NCBI GenBank assembly: GCA_020637795.1
Contig: JACKJT010000002.1
Span: forward strand, 919,092-983,091
Direction: 5' to 3'
Source of the DNA: Hoeflea sp.
GTDB taxonomy: Bacteria; Pseudomonadota; Alphaproteobacteria; Rhizobiales; Rhizobiaceae
DNA length: 64,000 nt
This document shows, piece by piece, positions 9,342-19,240 of this stretch. Position 1 is the first letter of the stretch, and each line of letters begins with the position of its first letter. The notes under the pieces are model-generated. The model did not search any database. It was not told the DNA's origin and saw only the letters and a list, made by a program, of their open reading frames with translations. Made by a program: the position numbers and the translations under genes.

Positions 9342-9366
9342 GGAAGGGGGCACAAGGCCCCCTTCC
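9342..9366. other. Intercistronic hairpin between urtA and urtB
   Basis: GGAAGGGGGC-acaag-GCCCCCTTCC, a perfect 10-bp stem. Confidence 0.6.
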
Positions 9367-9377
9367 CTTTGCAGGGA

Positions 9378-10670
9378 TCAATAGTTCGAATTGAGCTGCA
9401 CGCAGGTCTTGGTGTCGGTGTTGTACATGCCGCACTTCAGATCGATCCAGTCCGATTCCAGAACCGCCGATTCGGGCAGGAAGTCGGTCCAGGCATCGCC
9501 CGGGACCGGTTCGGTCTGGCTGACGATATCGAACTGTCCATCGGCCTGGATTTCACCGATCAGAACCGGCTTGGTCAGGTGATGATTGGGCAGCATTTCG
9601 GCCATCGTGCCGGTCAGGTTCGGAACCTTCTGTCCGACAACGGCTTCGGTAACTTTGTCCACATCGGTGGTGCCGGCGGCTTCCACCGCCTGGACCCACA
9701 TGTTGAAGCCGATATAGGTGGCTTCCATCGGGTCGTTGGTCACGCGGTCTTCACCGGCAAATGCCTTCCATTCCTTGATGAACTCGGCATTGACCGGCAC
9801 ATCGGCAGACTGGAAGTAGTTCCAGGCGGCCAGGTGGCCGACGAGGTTGGTGGTGTCGAGGCCGGAAAGTTCTTCCTCGCCAACCGAGAAGGCAACGACC
9901 GGAATGTCGTCGGCCGAGATGCCGGCGGCGGCCAGTTCCTTGTAGAAGCCGATATTGGCGTCACCGTTGATGGTCGAGATCACGCCGACCTTCTTGCCGT
10001 CGGCGCCAAGCGCCACCACGTCGGCAACGATCTTCGACCAGTCCGAATGACCGAACGGCGTATAGTTGACGAAGATGTCTTCGGCGGCGATGCCCTTGTC
10101 CTTGAGATACTGTTCAAGGATCTTGTTGGTCGTGCGCGGGTAGACATAGTCGGTGCCGAGCAGCGCGAACTTTTCAACGCCGAGTTCTTCGAGGAAGTAG
10201 TCGGTGGCAGGAATCGCCTGCTGGTTCGGCGCAGCACCGGTGTAGAAGACGTTCTTTGAGGATTCTTCACCCTCATACTGGACCGGGTAGAACAGAAGGC
10301 CGTTCAGTTCCTCGATCACCGGCAGCACCGACTTGCGGCTCACCGACGTCCAGCAGCCGAACATCACGTCGACCTTGTCGACGGTGAGCAGTTCGCGTGC
10401 CTTCTCGGCAAACAGCGGCCAGTCGGATGCCGGGTCGACGACAACGGCCTCGAGCTTCTTGCCCAGCACGCCGCCCTTGGCGTTCTGCTGCTCGATGAGC
10501 ATCAGCACGGTGTCCTTGAGCGTCGTTTCAGAGATCGCCATCGTGCCCGAAAGGGAGTGCAGAACACCAACCTTGATCGTGTCATCCGCGGCATATGCCG
10601 AATGTGCGAGAATCGTTGATGTGAAAAGTGCTGCCGCCCCTGCGATACGCAATTTCGTGGTGAATTTCAT
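9378..10670 (-). CDS. urtA: Urea ABC transporter substrate-binding protein UrtA
   Basis: IKVGVLHSLSGTMAISE, FYPVQYEGEE and GTDYVYPRTTN motifs. Confidence 0.95.
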   Translation of the reverse strand: MKFTTKLRIAGAAALFTSTILAHSAYAADDTIKVGVLHSLSGTMAISETTLKDTVLMLIEQQNAKGGVLGKKLEAVVVDPASDWPLFAEKARELLTVDKVDVMFGCWTSVSRKSVLPVIEELNGLLFYPVQYEGEESSKNVFYTGAAPNQQAIPATDYFLEELGVEKFALLGTDYVYPRTTNKILEQYLKDKGIAAEDIFVNYTPFGHSDWSKIVADVVALGADGKKVGVISTINGDANIGFYKELAAAGISADDIPVVAFSVGEEELSGLDTTNLVGHLAAWNYFQSADVPVNAEFIKEWKAFAGEDRVTNDPMEATYIGFNMWVQAVEAAGTTDVDKVTEAVVGQKVPNLTGTMAEMLPNHHLTKPVLIGEIQADGQFDIVSQTEPVPGDAWTDFLPESAVLESDWIDLKCGMYNTDTKTCVQLNSNY

Positions 10671-10710
10671 TGTCAGCCTCCGTGCTGTTCGTGTCCACGG
10701 AAGTCATCAA

Positions 10711-10726
10711 TGCAAGCCCCTTGCCA
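10711..10726 (-). promoter_or_regulatory. Sigma54 promoter of urtABCDE
   Basis: Minus strand TGGCAA-GGGGC-TTGCA, about 40 bp upstream of urtA. Confidence 0.8.
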
Positions 10727-10800
10727 GTTGCGACGGAGGCCGGACATTAACGGTTTTTTAAAGTTCGCACCCCGGATTGCGTGTTCCCGAGACTGGAAAT

Positions 10801-10829
10801 TGCCCAGTTATTCGCATAATTAATGTGCA
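10801..10829. promoter_or_regulatory. NtrC-type enhancer site(s) for the urt operon
   Basis: CGCAT-AATTAAT-GTGCA (10813-10829) plus an overlapping TGCCC half-site. Confidence 0.6.
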
Positions 10830-11008
10830 GTGATTACTATTTAATCGATTTGCTGATGGTTTCTGTCAATCGCATCGCGATACAACAGGCCCAGAAAGAA
10901 AGGTTTCCCGGGGTAAGGCTTGCGCAACGGTGTTTTTTCACCTCTTATCGGTTCAGGCGAGGCAGAAAGCCTCATCAGCAACGATCAACAAGGAGTTCAG
11001 CGGTAACC

Positions 11009-11578
11009 ATGAGCGTACCCCTTTTCTTGCTCGCCATGCTGGCGGCCTTGTTTACGTTTCTCTCGCCGGCGATTGCTTCTACATGGCTCAAGACCGGCAA
11101 ACAGACCACGCGGCCATACGGCCACGTCGAATACTGCACGCGCAATGCTTCGGATTGCGGTGGGCGCTCCGCCGACACCGCGCTGCCGCCGGCCCGGAAG
11201 AACATCCTGAACGGCGTCAACAGGGAGGTGAACCGCTCGATCAAGGCAGCCTCCGACCAGACCGCCTTCGGTCGCAAGGAATTCTGGACGGCGAAGGCAC
11301 GCTCGGGGGATTGCGAGGATTTCGCTCTCGCCAAGCGCGCCAAACTGCTGCGCATTGGCTTCAAGCCTTCGCAACTGCTGCTGACGATGGGCTACAGCGG
11401 CGGCGAGGCGCACACGGTGCTGGTCGTCAGGACCCGCGATGGCGACTATGTCCTCGACAATCTCCATGACGAAGTCATGCCGGTTCAGTCCGCGCACATG
11501 AGTTTTCGCAAGATCCAGGCGCCGGACCACGGCGGAAAATGGCTGCAAGTCACCGGCAAGACCGGCCGGGCGCCCTGA
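11009..11578 (+). CDS. Bacterial transglutaminase-like cysteine peptidase (BTLCP/LapG-like), exported
   Basis: Signal peptide and GDCEDFA / HTVL / VLDN catalytic triad. Start at ATG 11009 after AAGGAG. Confidence 0.85.
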   Translation: MSVPLFLLAMLAALFTFLSPAIASTWLKTGKQTTRPYGHVEYCTRNASDCGGRSADTALPPARKNILNGVNREVNRSIKAASDQTAFGRKEFWTAKARSGDCEDFALAKRAKLLRIGFKPSQLLLTMGYSGGEAHTVLVVRTRDGDYVLDNLHDEVMPVQSAHMSFRKIQAPDHGGKWLQVTGKTGRAP

Positions 11579-11743
11579 TTACCATCCCGCAACGGAGCGT
11601 CAGTCGCACCTGATCGAGGTCGTGGGCCGCCCGAAAGGACGGCCTTTGCGCCTTGGAAAAGCTTGCCGACGCGCCGGTAGACTGTGCTATGGCTTGGCCT
11701 CGCCTCATCAACAGCAATCCGGGAAAAGCCGGAGGACATACCA

Positions 11744-13027
11744 ATCGCCGGCTTCCGCTTCATTCATACCGCCGACATTCACCTGGATTCTCCGCTCAAG
11801 TCGCTCGCCCTGCGCAATCCGGAGTTGGCCGAACTGGTCGGCGGGGCTTCGCGTCAGGCGCTGTCCGATATTGTCGATCTGTGCATCAACGAGCGTGTCG
11901 ATGCATTGATCATCGCCGGCGATCTCTATGACGGCGACCAGACCTCGATGAAGACCGCGCGGTTTCTCGCCAGCGAGTTGAACCGCCTGTCCGCCGCCGG
12001 CATCCGCACCTTCATCATCCGCGGCAATCACGACGCGATGTCGCGCATATCCCGCGAACTGGTGCTGCCCGATCTGGTCAAGCTATTCGGCGGACGTGCC
12101 GAGCATGTGCTGATCGAACGCGGCCCGGGCGAGAAGCCGGTTGCCATCCACGGGCTGAGTTTTGCCAGTCCGACAGCGCCTGAAAGCCTGCTGCCGAAAT
12201 ACGCCCGCGCCCTTCCCGACGCGATCAACATCGGCATCATGCACACGAGCCTCGGCGGCGCCCCCGGGCACGATTCCTATGCGCCATGCAGCCCGGCCGA
12301 CCTGCAGGCCACCGGTTATGAGTATTGGGCGCTGGGACACATTCACAAGCGCTCGGTCGCCACCGGTTCTGCCACCATCGTCATGCCGGGCATGCCGCAG
12401 GGCCGGGACATCAACGAGGACGGCCCCAAATCGGTGACGCTCGTGTCGATCGGGAACGATGGAGCTGTCAGCCTTGATGAAAGGCAGACCGCGCTCGCCG
12501 AGTTCGCCCGCGTCACCGTCGACGCCTCAGGCCTCGCAGAATGGAGCGACCTTGCCGGCGCACTCACCGATGCGTTGGCACCAGCCCGCTCCGGGTCGAC
12601 GGCTCCGCAGCTCGTGGTCCGGCTCACGGTCTCCGGTGAAACCCCGCTCGCCTGGCGCATGCGCCGCGACGCCGATTTGCTGATGGCCGAGGCCGAGGAA
12701 CGGGCCGCGCAGATCGGCGGCACCTGGATCGAGAAGATCGAGATCGGCTGCACCCCGCCGCGAACGGTTGAAGGATCGGCCACCGACCCGCTGCATGAAC
12801 TCAAGGCCCTGATCGACAATGCCATTCTCGGCTCCGACGCCTACGAGACCGCGCTGGCGGCCGTGGCCGAGACCTTGCAGGCGCAGCTGCCGACCGATCT
12901 CCGAGATCTGTTCGGAACCGACGAGGCCGAAACCAGGGCGCGGCGCCTGGAGCTTGCCCGCCAGGGCGCCGATGACGTGCTGGCCCGGCTGCAGCCAGGC
13001 CACGCCACCGGCAGCGAGACCGCCTGA
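11744..13027 (+). CDS. YhaO-like metallophosphoesterase / DNA repair exonuclease (Mre11/SbcD fold); start codon uncertain
   Basis: HTADIHLD, AGDLYD, GNHD and ALGHIH motifs. The RBS points to ATC 11744; the only upstream in-frame canonical start is GTG 11684. Confidence 0.85.
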   Translation: MAGFRFIHTADIHLDSPLKSLALRNPELAELVGGASRQALSDIVDLCINERVDALIIAGDLYDGDQTSMKTARFLASELNRLSAAGIRTFIIRGNHDAMSRISRELVLPDLVKLFGGRAEHVLIERGPGEKPVAIHGLSFASPTAPESLLPKYARALPDAINIGIMHTSLGGAPGHDSYAPCSPADLQATGYEYWALGHIHKRSVATGSATIVMPGMPQGRDINEDGPKSVTLVSIGNDGAVSLDERQTALAEFARVTVDASGLAEWSDLAGALTDALAPARSGSTAPQLVVRLTVSGETPLAWRMRRDADLLMAEAEERAAQIGGTWIEKIEIGCTPPRTVEGSATDPLHELKALIDNAILGSDAYETALAAVAETLQAQLPTDLRDLFGTDEAETRARRLELARQGADDVLARLQPGHATGSETA

Positions 13028-16000
13028 TGCGCCTCAAACGCCTTGACCTCACCCGCTACGGCAAGTTCACCGATCACCGGATCGATTTCGGATCTGCTGC
13101 CGCCGGCGGCTGCGACCTGCACATTGTCTACGGCCCCAACGAGGCCGGCAAATCGACCCTGTTCAGTGCCTGGCTCGACCTGCTGTTCGGCATCGGCGCG
13201 CAAAGCAGCTACAACTTCCTTCACCCCTACCCCAACATGCGCATCGGCGCGGCCATCGAAATCGATGGCAGGACGCAGGAACTCGTCCGCATCAAGCGGC
13301 AGCAGAACAGCCTGCTCGACAATCGCGACCAGCCCGTCTCCGATGGCGCGCTGCTCTCAGGCCTCGGCGGGCTCGATCGCGACAGCTACCAGACCATGTT
13401 CTCGCTCGACGATGAAAGCCTGGAACAGGGCGGTGAAAGCATTCTCGCAAGCCGCGGCGATCTGGGTGAACTGCTGTTCTCGGCCAGCGCCGGGCTGGGA
13501 GACCTCTCCCAGCGGCTTTCGGGGATTCGAGCCGAAACCGAGGATTTCTACAAGCCCCGCGCCCAAAAACGCATCCTTGGCGAACTCAAGTCGGAACTCG
13601 CCGAACTGAAGGCCGAGCGCGACCGGATCGACACCCAGGCCAGCAAGTTCGCCCAGTTGAGCAAGGAGCTGGAAGAGGCAAGCGCCCGCCATGACGAGGC
13701 CGGCGGCGAACGCAAACGCCTCCGCGTTCGGCTGGCGGAAATAGACCGCATGCTGACCGCGCGTCCCCGCCTCGCCGAACTCGAGCGGGTGCAGGCCGAC
13801 CTCGAACCGCTCTCGGACCTGCCGGACGTTGCGCCTGAATGGCGTCAGCAGGTCCGTGATCTTGGCGAGCAGGAGGCAGCCCTTCAAGCTGCAGGCGCGG
13901 CGCTTGCGGCCGAGATCGAACGGCTGACCGCGGAACGGGATGCGCTGGATGTCGATGCGGCGATGCTGGCATTGCAGGACCGCCTCGGCGAACTCGCCCG
14001 GCTGCGCACCCGCCACGACGCTGCCGGCGAAGATCTGCCGGAGCGCCGCGCGGCGCTCGACCGCATCGACGGGCGGATCGAGCAGTATCTCGCCCGCCTC
14101 GGGCAACCGGCCTGCTCCATCGCCGCCGAGCTGCTGCTCGACACCTCCAGGACAGCCACCCTCCGCGAGCTGATCGACGCCCGTGCAAGCCTTGATGTAC
14201 GGCTTGCCACCGCCCGCAAGGAAGCCGGCGACGCGCTTGCCAACCGCGACGAGGCGCGGGCGCGTCTTTCGTCTGCCAGCGGAGCACCGGAGTCCGGCGC
14301 GTCGGAACGCCAGGAACCCCGGATCGCTGCGTTCGCCGAGATGCTGGCGCTGATGCGCAACGACAATCATGACCAGCGCTGCCTGACCGCCAGCCGCGCC
14401 GTTGAGGCGGCGCGCGATACATGCCGTGCGCTCATCGAGACCCTGGCGCCATGGACAGGCGAGACCGGACACTTGCGCGCCATGCTGCCGCCATCGGCGG
14501 AAACAATCCGCGGATGGAAATCCGGCATCGAGGAGCTGAACCGGAAACGCATCTCGATCGAGGAGGAGATTGCCCGGCTCGGCAAGACGCTCAAGCGGCT
14601 GGAGGCGGAGTCGGCAGCCCTCACCCGGCCAGGCGCCCTGCCGTCGAACAATCAAACCGACGCGCTGCGCACCGCGCGCGACAAGGCATGGGAAAACCAC
14701 AAGGCCACGCTCGATCCGGAGACCGCAGCAAGCTTTGAAACCGCCATGCAGGCCCATGACGACGCCGCCGACAGGCGCGCAGCACACCTCTCCGAAGTCG
14801 CCAGGCTCAACGAAATTTCGGTACAATCGGAAATCGCCACCGCCGATCTCCAAGCGGCACAGACAAACCGTTCGGCCTTGCAGAAATCTCTTGCCGCTCT
14901 GCACGACGAGATCGCTGCGGCAGTTGCCCGGTTGTCGCCTGCCCTGCCCGCCGAAATGACGCCCGAGGCCTTGCAGCAGTGGCTCGATCGCCGGGACCGG
15001 GTTCTGGAATCCGATGAAGCGCTTCTGGCCCACCTCCGCGAACTGGAGATCGCCGAAGAGGACCGGCGCACCGCCGCTGCGCGGCTGCACCGGGCGCTGG
15101 CGCCGCTCGACCCGGAGACCGGCCCGGACGAAGACCTCGAGACACTTCTCGCCCGCGCACAAAACCTTGTCAGCCGGGAAGCGAAACTTGATGGCTACCG
15201 CCAGGCACTGGCCGAACAGGAACGCACGCTCGCCCGGCGGCAGCGCGATGTCGAGAGTACCGAAGCCGAAGCGCAGGCCTGGATGCTGGCCTGGAAACAG
15301 GCCTGCGACGGCTGCTGGCTTGGCAACGCAGCAAAGGCCCCGACCGCCGCGGAAGTGCGCGAGGCCCTGCCGCTGCTTGCTGAGTTGGCGACCGCGATCC
15401 ACGAGCGTGATGGCCTCGCCGACCGCATCGCCAAGATGCAGCGGGATCAGGCCGACTATGCCGCAGCGCTTCAGGCGACCGCCTCCGAGGCCGGCCTCGA
15501 CACTCGCGACACCCCGCCCGCCGCCATTGCCCGGCAGCTGGCGGACCGGCTGGCAATGGCTGAGAAAGCCGGCGCCCGCCATGATGACCTCACCCGGCAG
15601 ATCGAACAGGCGCTGGCCCGGCAGCGTGAGCATTCCGAAACCCGCGCTGCCCATGCCGCCCGCAAGGCGCAGATGCTCGAGGCGCTCGGCGCCGACACGC
15701 TGCCCGATGCGGCGCTCAGGATCGACCAGGCGCTCGAGCGCAGGCAACTGGGGCAACGAGCCGGCCAGATCGCGACCGAACTCTGCGAGGCGCTCGGCGT
15801 CGCCTCGCTCAAGGAAGCCCGTTCGCTGCTGGAGGCCTCTGACTCCACAGAACTGAACGCGCAAAAGCAGGAGCTCGAAGCGTCGCTCGAAACACTCGAC
15901 GCCGAACTCCAGCACCTGTTTGCCGCCCGCACCCGAGCCTCCGACGCGATCAACGCCGTCGGCGGCGACGATGCGGTGGCCCGCATCGAACAGAGCCGCA

Positions 16001-16512
16001 GGACCATCCTGCTGGCCATTGCCGAGGGCGCCGAGCGTTATCTCAGGCTGTCGGCCGGCGTCATCGCCATGGAGCAGGCGCTGACGCTTTACCGCGAGCG
16101 CCACAGCTCCTCGATGATGCAGCGCGCCTCCGAGGCCATCCGCACCATCAGCCGCGGCCGCTACTCCGGTCTCGCCTCGCAGCCCGACAAGGGACGCGAA
16201 TTGCTGATCGCCATCCAGAACGACGGCACCTCGAAACAGGCGGCGGAAATGTCCAAGGGCGCCCGCTTCCAGCTCTATTTGGCGCTGCGCGTCGCCGGTT
16301 TTCATGAGTTCGCCGCCACCCGCCAGACCGTGCCGTTCATCGCCGACGACATCATGGAAACCTTTGACGATTTCCGCGCCGAGGAAACCTTCCGGCTGTT
16401 TGCCGGCATGGCCGGCGTCGGCCAGGTGATCTACCTCACCCACCACCGCCACCTCTGCGACATCGCCAGATCCGTCTGTCCGGACGTGACCATTCACGAA
16501 CTCACTGCCTGA
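13027..16512 (+). CDS. YhaN-like SMC/Rad50-type coiled-coil ATPase
   Basis: Walker A GPNEAGKST, long coiled coil, MSKGA signature, FIADD Walker B, YLTHH. Overlaps the upstream stop (TGATG). Confidence 0.88.
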   Translation: MRLKRLDLTRYGKFTDHRIDFGSAAAGGCDLHIVYGPNEAGKSTLFSAWLDLLFGIGAQSSYNFLHPYPNMRIGAAIEIDGRTQELVRIKRQQNSLLDNRDQPVSDGALLSGLGGLDRDSYQTMFSLDDESLEQGGESILASRGDLGELLFSASAGLGDLSQRLSGIRAETEDFYKPRAQKRILGELKSELAELKAERDRIDTQASKFAQLSKELEEASARHDEAGGERKRLRVRLAEIDRMLTARPRLAELERVQADLEPLSDLPDVAPEWRQQVRDLGEQEAALQAAGAALAAEIERLTAERDALDVDAAMLALQDRLGELARLRTRHDAAGEDLPERRAALDRIDGRIEQYLARLGQPACSIAAELLLDTSRTATLRELIDARASLDVRLATARKEAGDALANRDEARARLSSASGAPESGASERQEPRIAAFAEMLALMRNDNHDQRCLTASRAVEAARDTCRALIETLAPWTGETGHLRAMLPPSAETIRGWKSGIEELNRKRISIEEEIARLGKTLKRLEAESAALTRPGALPSNNQTDALRTARDKAWENHKATLDPETAASFETAMQAHDDAADRRAAHLSEVARLNEISVQSEIATADLQAAQTNRSALQKSLAALHDEIAAAVARLSPALPAEMTPEALQQWLDRRDRVLESDEALLAHLRELEIAEEDRRTAAARLHRALAPLDPETGPDEDLETLLARAQNLVSREAKLDGYRQALAEQERTLARRQRDVESTEAEAQAWMLAWKQACDGCWLGNAAKAPTAAEVREALPLLAELATAIHERDGLADRIAKMQRDQADYAAALQATASEAGLDTRDTPPAAIARQLADRLAMAEKAGARHDDLTRQIEQALARQREHSETRAAHAARKAQMLEALGADTLPDAALRIDQALERRQLGQRAGQIATELCEALGVASLKEARSLLEASDSTELNAQKQELEASLETLDAELQHLFAARTRASDAINAVGGDDAVARIEQSRRTILLAIAEGAERYLRLSAGVIAMEQALTLYRERHSSSMMQRASEAIRTISRGRYSGLASQPDKGRELLIAIQNDGTSKQAAEMSKGARFQLYLALRVAGFHEFAATRQTVPFIADDIMETFDDFRAEETFRLFAGMAGVGQVIYLTHHRHLCDIARSVCPDVTIHELTA

Positions 16513-16619
16513 TTCCGGCCTTATCGGTAGTTTTTCCGCACCTGCGAACAGGCTTGGCTTGGCATTCGCGGATTATGCCTGTATCGAGGCCACACTCTCG
16601 TTGATCCGCACTCGGATCA

Positions 16620-16676
16620 TTTCCCCTGCAGGACGCAGGACCGCCGGGCCCGATATCGCTAGCGCATTGGCCCGCT
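16620..16676 (+). promoter_or_regulatory. sul1-like cis-regulatory RNA motif upstream of SulP
   Basis: CCCCTGC..GCAGG hairpin followed by GGGCC...GGCCC. Position upstream of an alphaproteobacterial SulP matches the described sul1 motif (recognised from memory, not searched). Confidence 0.65.
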
Positions 16677-16732
16677 CCTGCAAGCACAGCATCACCGAAC
16701 CATCCCTTCACCGGACAGGACGCCAAATTTCC

Positions 16733-18217
16733 ATGATCTCGTTCAACAGCTATGCGTCGCAATGGACCGGCAACATCCGCGGCGACATTCTCTCGGGCCT
16801 CGTCGTCGCCCTTGCCCTGATTCCGGAAGCCATTGCCTTCTCGATCATCGCCGGCGTCGACCCGAAGGTCGGCCTCTATGCCTCGTTCTCGATTGCGGTG
16901 ATCACGGCAATCGTCGGCGGCCGTCCCGGGATGATCTCCGCGGCAACGGCGGCGACCGCGGTGCTGATGGTCACGCTGGTCAAGGAGCACGGGCTTGAAT
17001 ACCTGCTCGCAGCCACCGTGCTCGCCGGCCTGATCCAGATCGCCGCCGGCATCGCCCGGCTCGGCTATGTCATGCGCTTCGTCTCGAAATCGGTGATGAC
17101 CGGCTTCGTCAACGCGCTGGCAATCCTGATCTTCATGGCGCAATTGCCCGAGCTCATCGGCGTACCCTGGCTCACCTATGTCATGGTCGCGGCAGGTCTT
17201 GCCATCATCTACCTGTTTCCGCTGATCACCAAAGCCATCCCCTCGCCGCTGGTCACCATCGTGGTGCTCACCGCGATTACCTGGTTCTTCGGCTTCGATC
17301 TGCGCACCGTCGGCGACATGGGCGCGCTGCCCGACACGTTGCCGGTGTTCCTGATCCCCGACATCCCGCTCAACCTCGAGACGCTGTGGATCATCCTGCC
17401 CTATTCGGTCGCGGTCGCAGCCGTCGGCCTGCTCGAATCGCTGATGACGCAGACCATCGTCGACGATCTCACCGACACCTCGTCGAGCCGCAACATGGAA
17501 TGTGTCGGCCAGGGCATCGCCAACACCGCTACCGGCTTCATCGGCGGCATGGCCGGCTGCGCCATGATCGGCCAGTCGATCATCAACGTGAAATCCGGCG
17601 GCCGCGGACGCCTGTCGACCTTCGTCGCTGGCAGCATGCTCCTGTTCTTCATCGTCGTTCTGGGCGACTCGGTCGCGCAGATACCGATGGCGGCCCTTGT
17701 GGCGATCATGATCATGGTCTCGATCGGCACCTTCTCCTGGTCCTCGATCAAGAGCTTGCGCACCCATCCGCGCTCATCCTCGGTGGTGATGCTGGCGACC
17801 GTGCTGTTCGTGGTTTTCACCCACAATCTCGCCATCGGCGTGCTGGTCGGCGTGCTGCTGTCGGGCCTGTTCTTCGCCTGGAAGATCGCCCAGCTGTTCG
17901 GCGTCCGCTCGACCCTGTCGGAAGACGGCCGCACCCGCACCTACATCGTCGAGGGGCAATTGTTCTTTGCCTCTGCCGAGGACTTCATGAAGGCCTTCGA
18001 TTTCCGCGAAGTGCTGGAGAAGGTCGTCATCGACGTCTCCCGCGCCCACATCTGGGACATTTCAAGCGTCGCAGCGCTGGACATGGCGGTGCTCAAATTC
18101 CGTCGCGACGGCGCCGAGGTGGAGATCATCGGCATGAACGAAGCATCGGAAACCATCGTCGACCGGCTTGCCATTCATGACAAGCCGGGCGCCATGGACC
18201 AGCTGATGTCACACTAG
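16733..18217 (+). CDS. SulP-family inorganic anion transporter with STAS domain
   Basis: [28 protein letters not shown] and C-terminal GQLFFAS...HIWD motifs. Confidence 0.92.
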   Translation: MISFNSYASQWTGNIRGDILSGLVVALALIPEAIAFSIIAGVDPKVGLYASFSIAVITAIVGGRPGMISAATAATAVLMVTLVKEHGLEYLLAATVLAGLIQIAAGIARLGYVMRFVSKSVMTGFVNALAILIFMAQLPELIGVPWLTYVMVAAGLAIIYLFPLITKAIPSPLVTIVVLTAITWFFGFDLRTVGDMGALPDTLPVFLIPDIPLNLETLWIILPYSVAVAAVGLLESLMTQTIVDDLTDTSSSRNMECVGQGIANTATGFIGGMAGCAMIGQSIINVKSGGRGRLSTFVAGSMLLFFIVVLGDSVAQIPMAALVAIMIMVSIGTFSWSSIKSLRTHPRSSSVVMLATVLFVVFTHNLAIGVLVGVLLSGLFFAWKIAQLFGVRSTLSEDGRTRTYIVEGQLFFASAEDFMKAFDFREVLEKVVIDVSRAHIWDISSVAALDMAVLKFRRDGAEVEIIGMNEASETIVDRLAIHDKPGAMDQLMSH

Positions 18218-18333
18218 TGCATCCTGCATAAGGCGGAATCGCCTGATGCAGATAAGATGCCCTGGATTCATAGAAATAGAGCGACCTTTGTGCGTCCAAG
18301 AGGACGCACGGCGCTCTAGAGGAGGACCTGATC

Positions 18334-19188
18334 ATGACCAACATCCTTTTGGCCCTCGTTGACGGGTCAACTTACTCTAAAAGCGTCTGTGATCATGCCG
18401 CATGGGCGGCGGCGCGGATGGATGCCGAAGTCGACCTCTTGCACGTGCTCGACCGCCAGCCGGGTGCCGGCAAGTCCGATCTCTCGGGCTCGATTGCGCT
18501 CGGCGCCCGCACGGCGCTGCTGGAAGAGCTGTCGTCGCTCGACGAGCAGCGCGCCAAGCTGCTCAGCCAGAAGGGCCGCGCCATTCTCGACGATGCCCGC
18601 GCCATCATCGAGGCCGCAGGTGGGAAGGTTGCAGGCGCTCATCTGCGTATGGGCGAAATCGTCGACACGGTGATCGAGCAGGAAGGCCCTGCCAGCATGC
18701 TCATGGTCGGCAAACGCGGCGAAGAGGCCGATTTCGCCAGCTTGAGACTCGGCGCGCATCTCGAGCGCTTCATCCGCGCAAGCCACAAGCCGGTCTTCGT
18801 CGCTTCCCGCGCCTTCAAGCCGATCGACACCGCAATCGTCGCCTATGACGGCGGCGCTTCGAGCCAGCGCGTGGTCGACCACATCGCCCGCAACAAGCTG
18901 TTCTCAGACCTGAAGATCGATCTGGTCACCGTAGGACAGCGCAACCGCGACACCGAGAAGGCACAGGAAGACGCCAGGGCCATCCTCTCCGGCGCGGGCC
19001 TGAGCGTGGAGACCACCATCCTGTCGGGCCAGCCCGACGAGGTGCTGGGCAAGCGCGTCGAGGAGCATGGTTCCTGTCTCGTCGCCATGGGCGCCTACGG
19101 TCACTCCCGCATCCGCGCCTTCGTGCTCGGCTCGACCACCTCGGAAATGCTCCGCTCCTGCAAGGCCCCGGTGTTGTTGATGCGCTGA
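18334..19188 (+). CDS. Universal stress protein (tandem USP domains)
   Basis: LVDGS..., AYDGG, MGAYGHSRIRAFVLGSTT motifs; the usual SulP-USP pairing. Confidence 0.9.
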   Translation: MTNILLALVDGSTYSKSVCDHAAWAAARMDAEVDLLHVLDRQPGAGKSDLSGSIALGARTALLEELSSLDEQRAKLLSQKGRAILDDARAIIEAAGGKVAGAHLRMGEIVDTVIEQEGPASMLMVGKRGEEADFASLRLGAHLERFIRASHKPVFVASRAFKPIDTAIVAYDGGASSQRVVDHIARNKLFSDLKIDLVTVGQRNRDTEKAQEDARAILSGAGLSVETTILSGQPDEVLGKRVEEHGSCLVAMGAYGHSRIRAFVLGSTTSEMLRSCKAPVLLMR

Positions 19189-19240
19189 GCCAACCGGATT
19201 GATGCTCCACAATCCATGCAGGGTGTTGGTCTCTCGATTG

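Noticed and set aside
4343-9384. Long plus-strand ORFs (658 aa and 601 aa) over the urt genes
   Set aside because: Antisense shadows of well-supported genes.
15304-15315. CDGC in the YhaN-like protein as a Rad50 zinc hook
   Set aside because: At residue ~760 of 1161, far from the coiled-coil midpoint, and lacks the CP-x-C context.
13357-16497. 1046-aa minus-strand ORF
   Set aside because: Antisense shadow of the YhaN-like gene in GC-rich DNA; no motifs.
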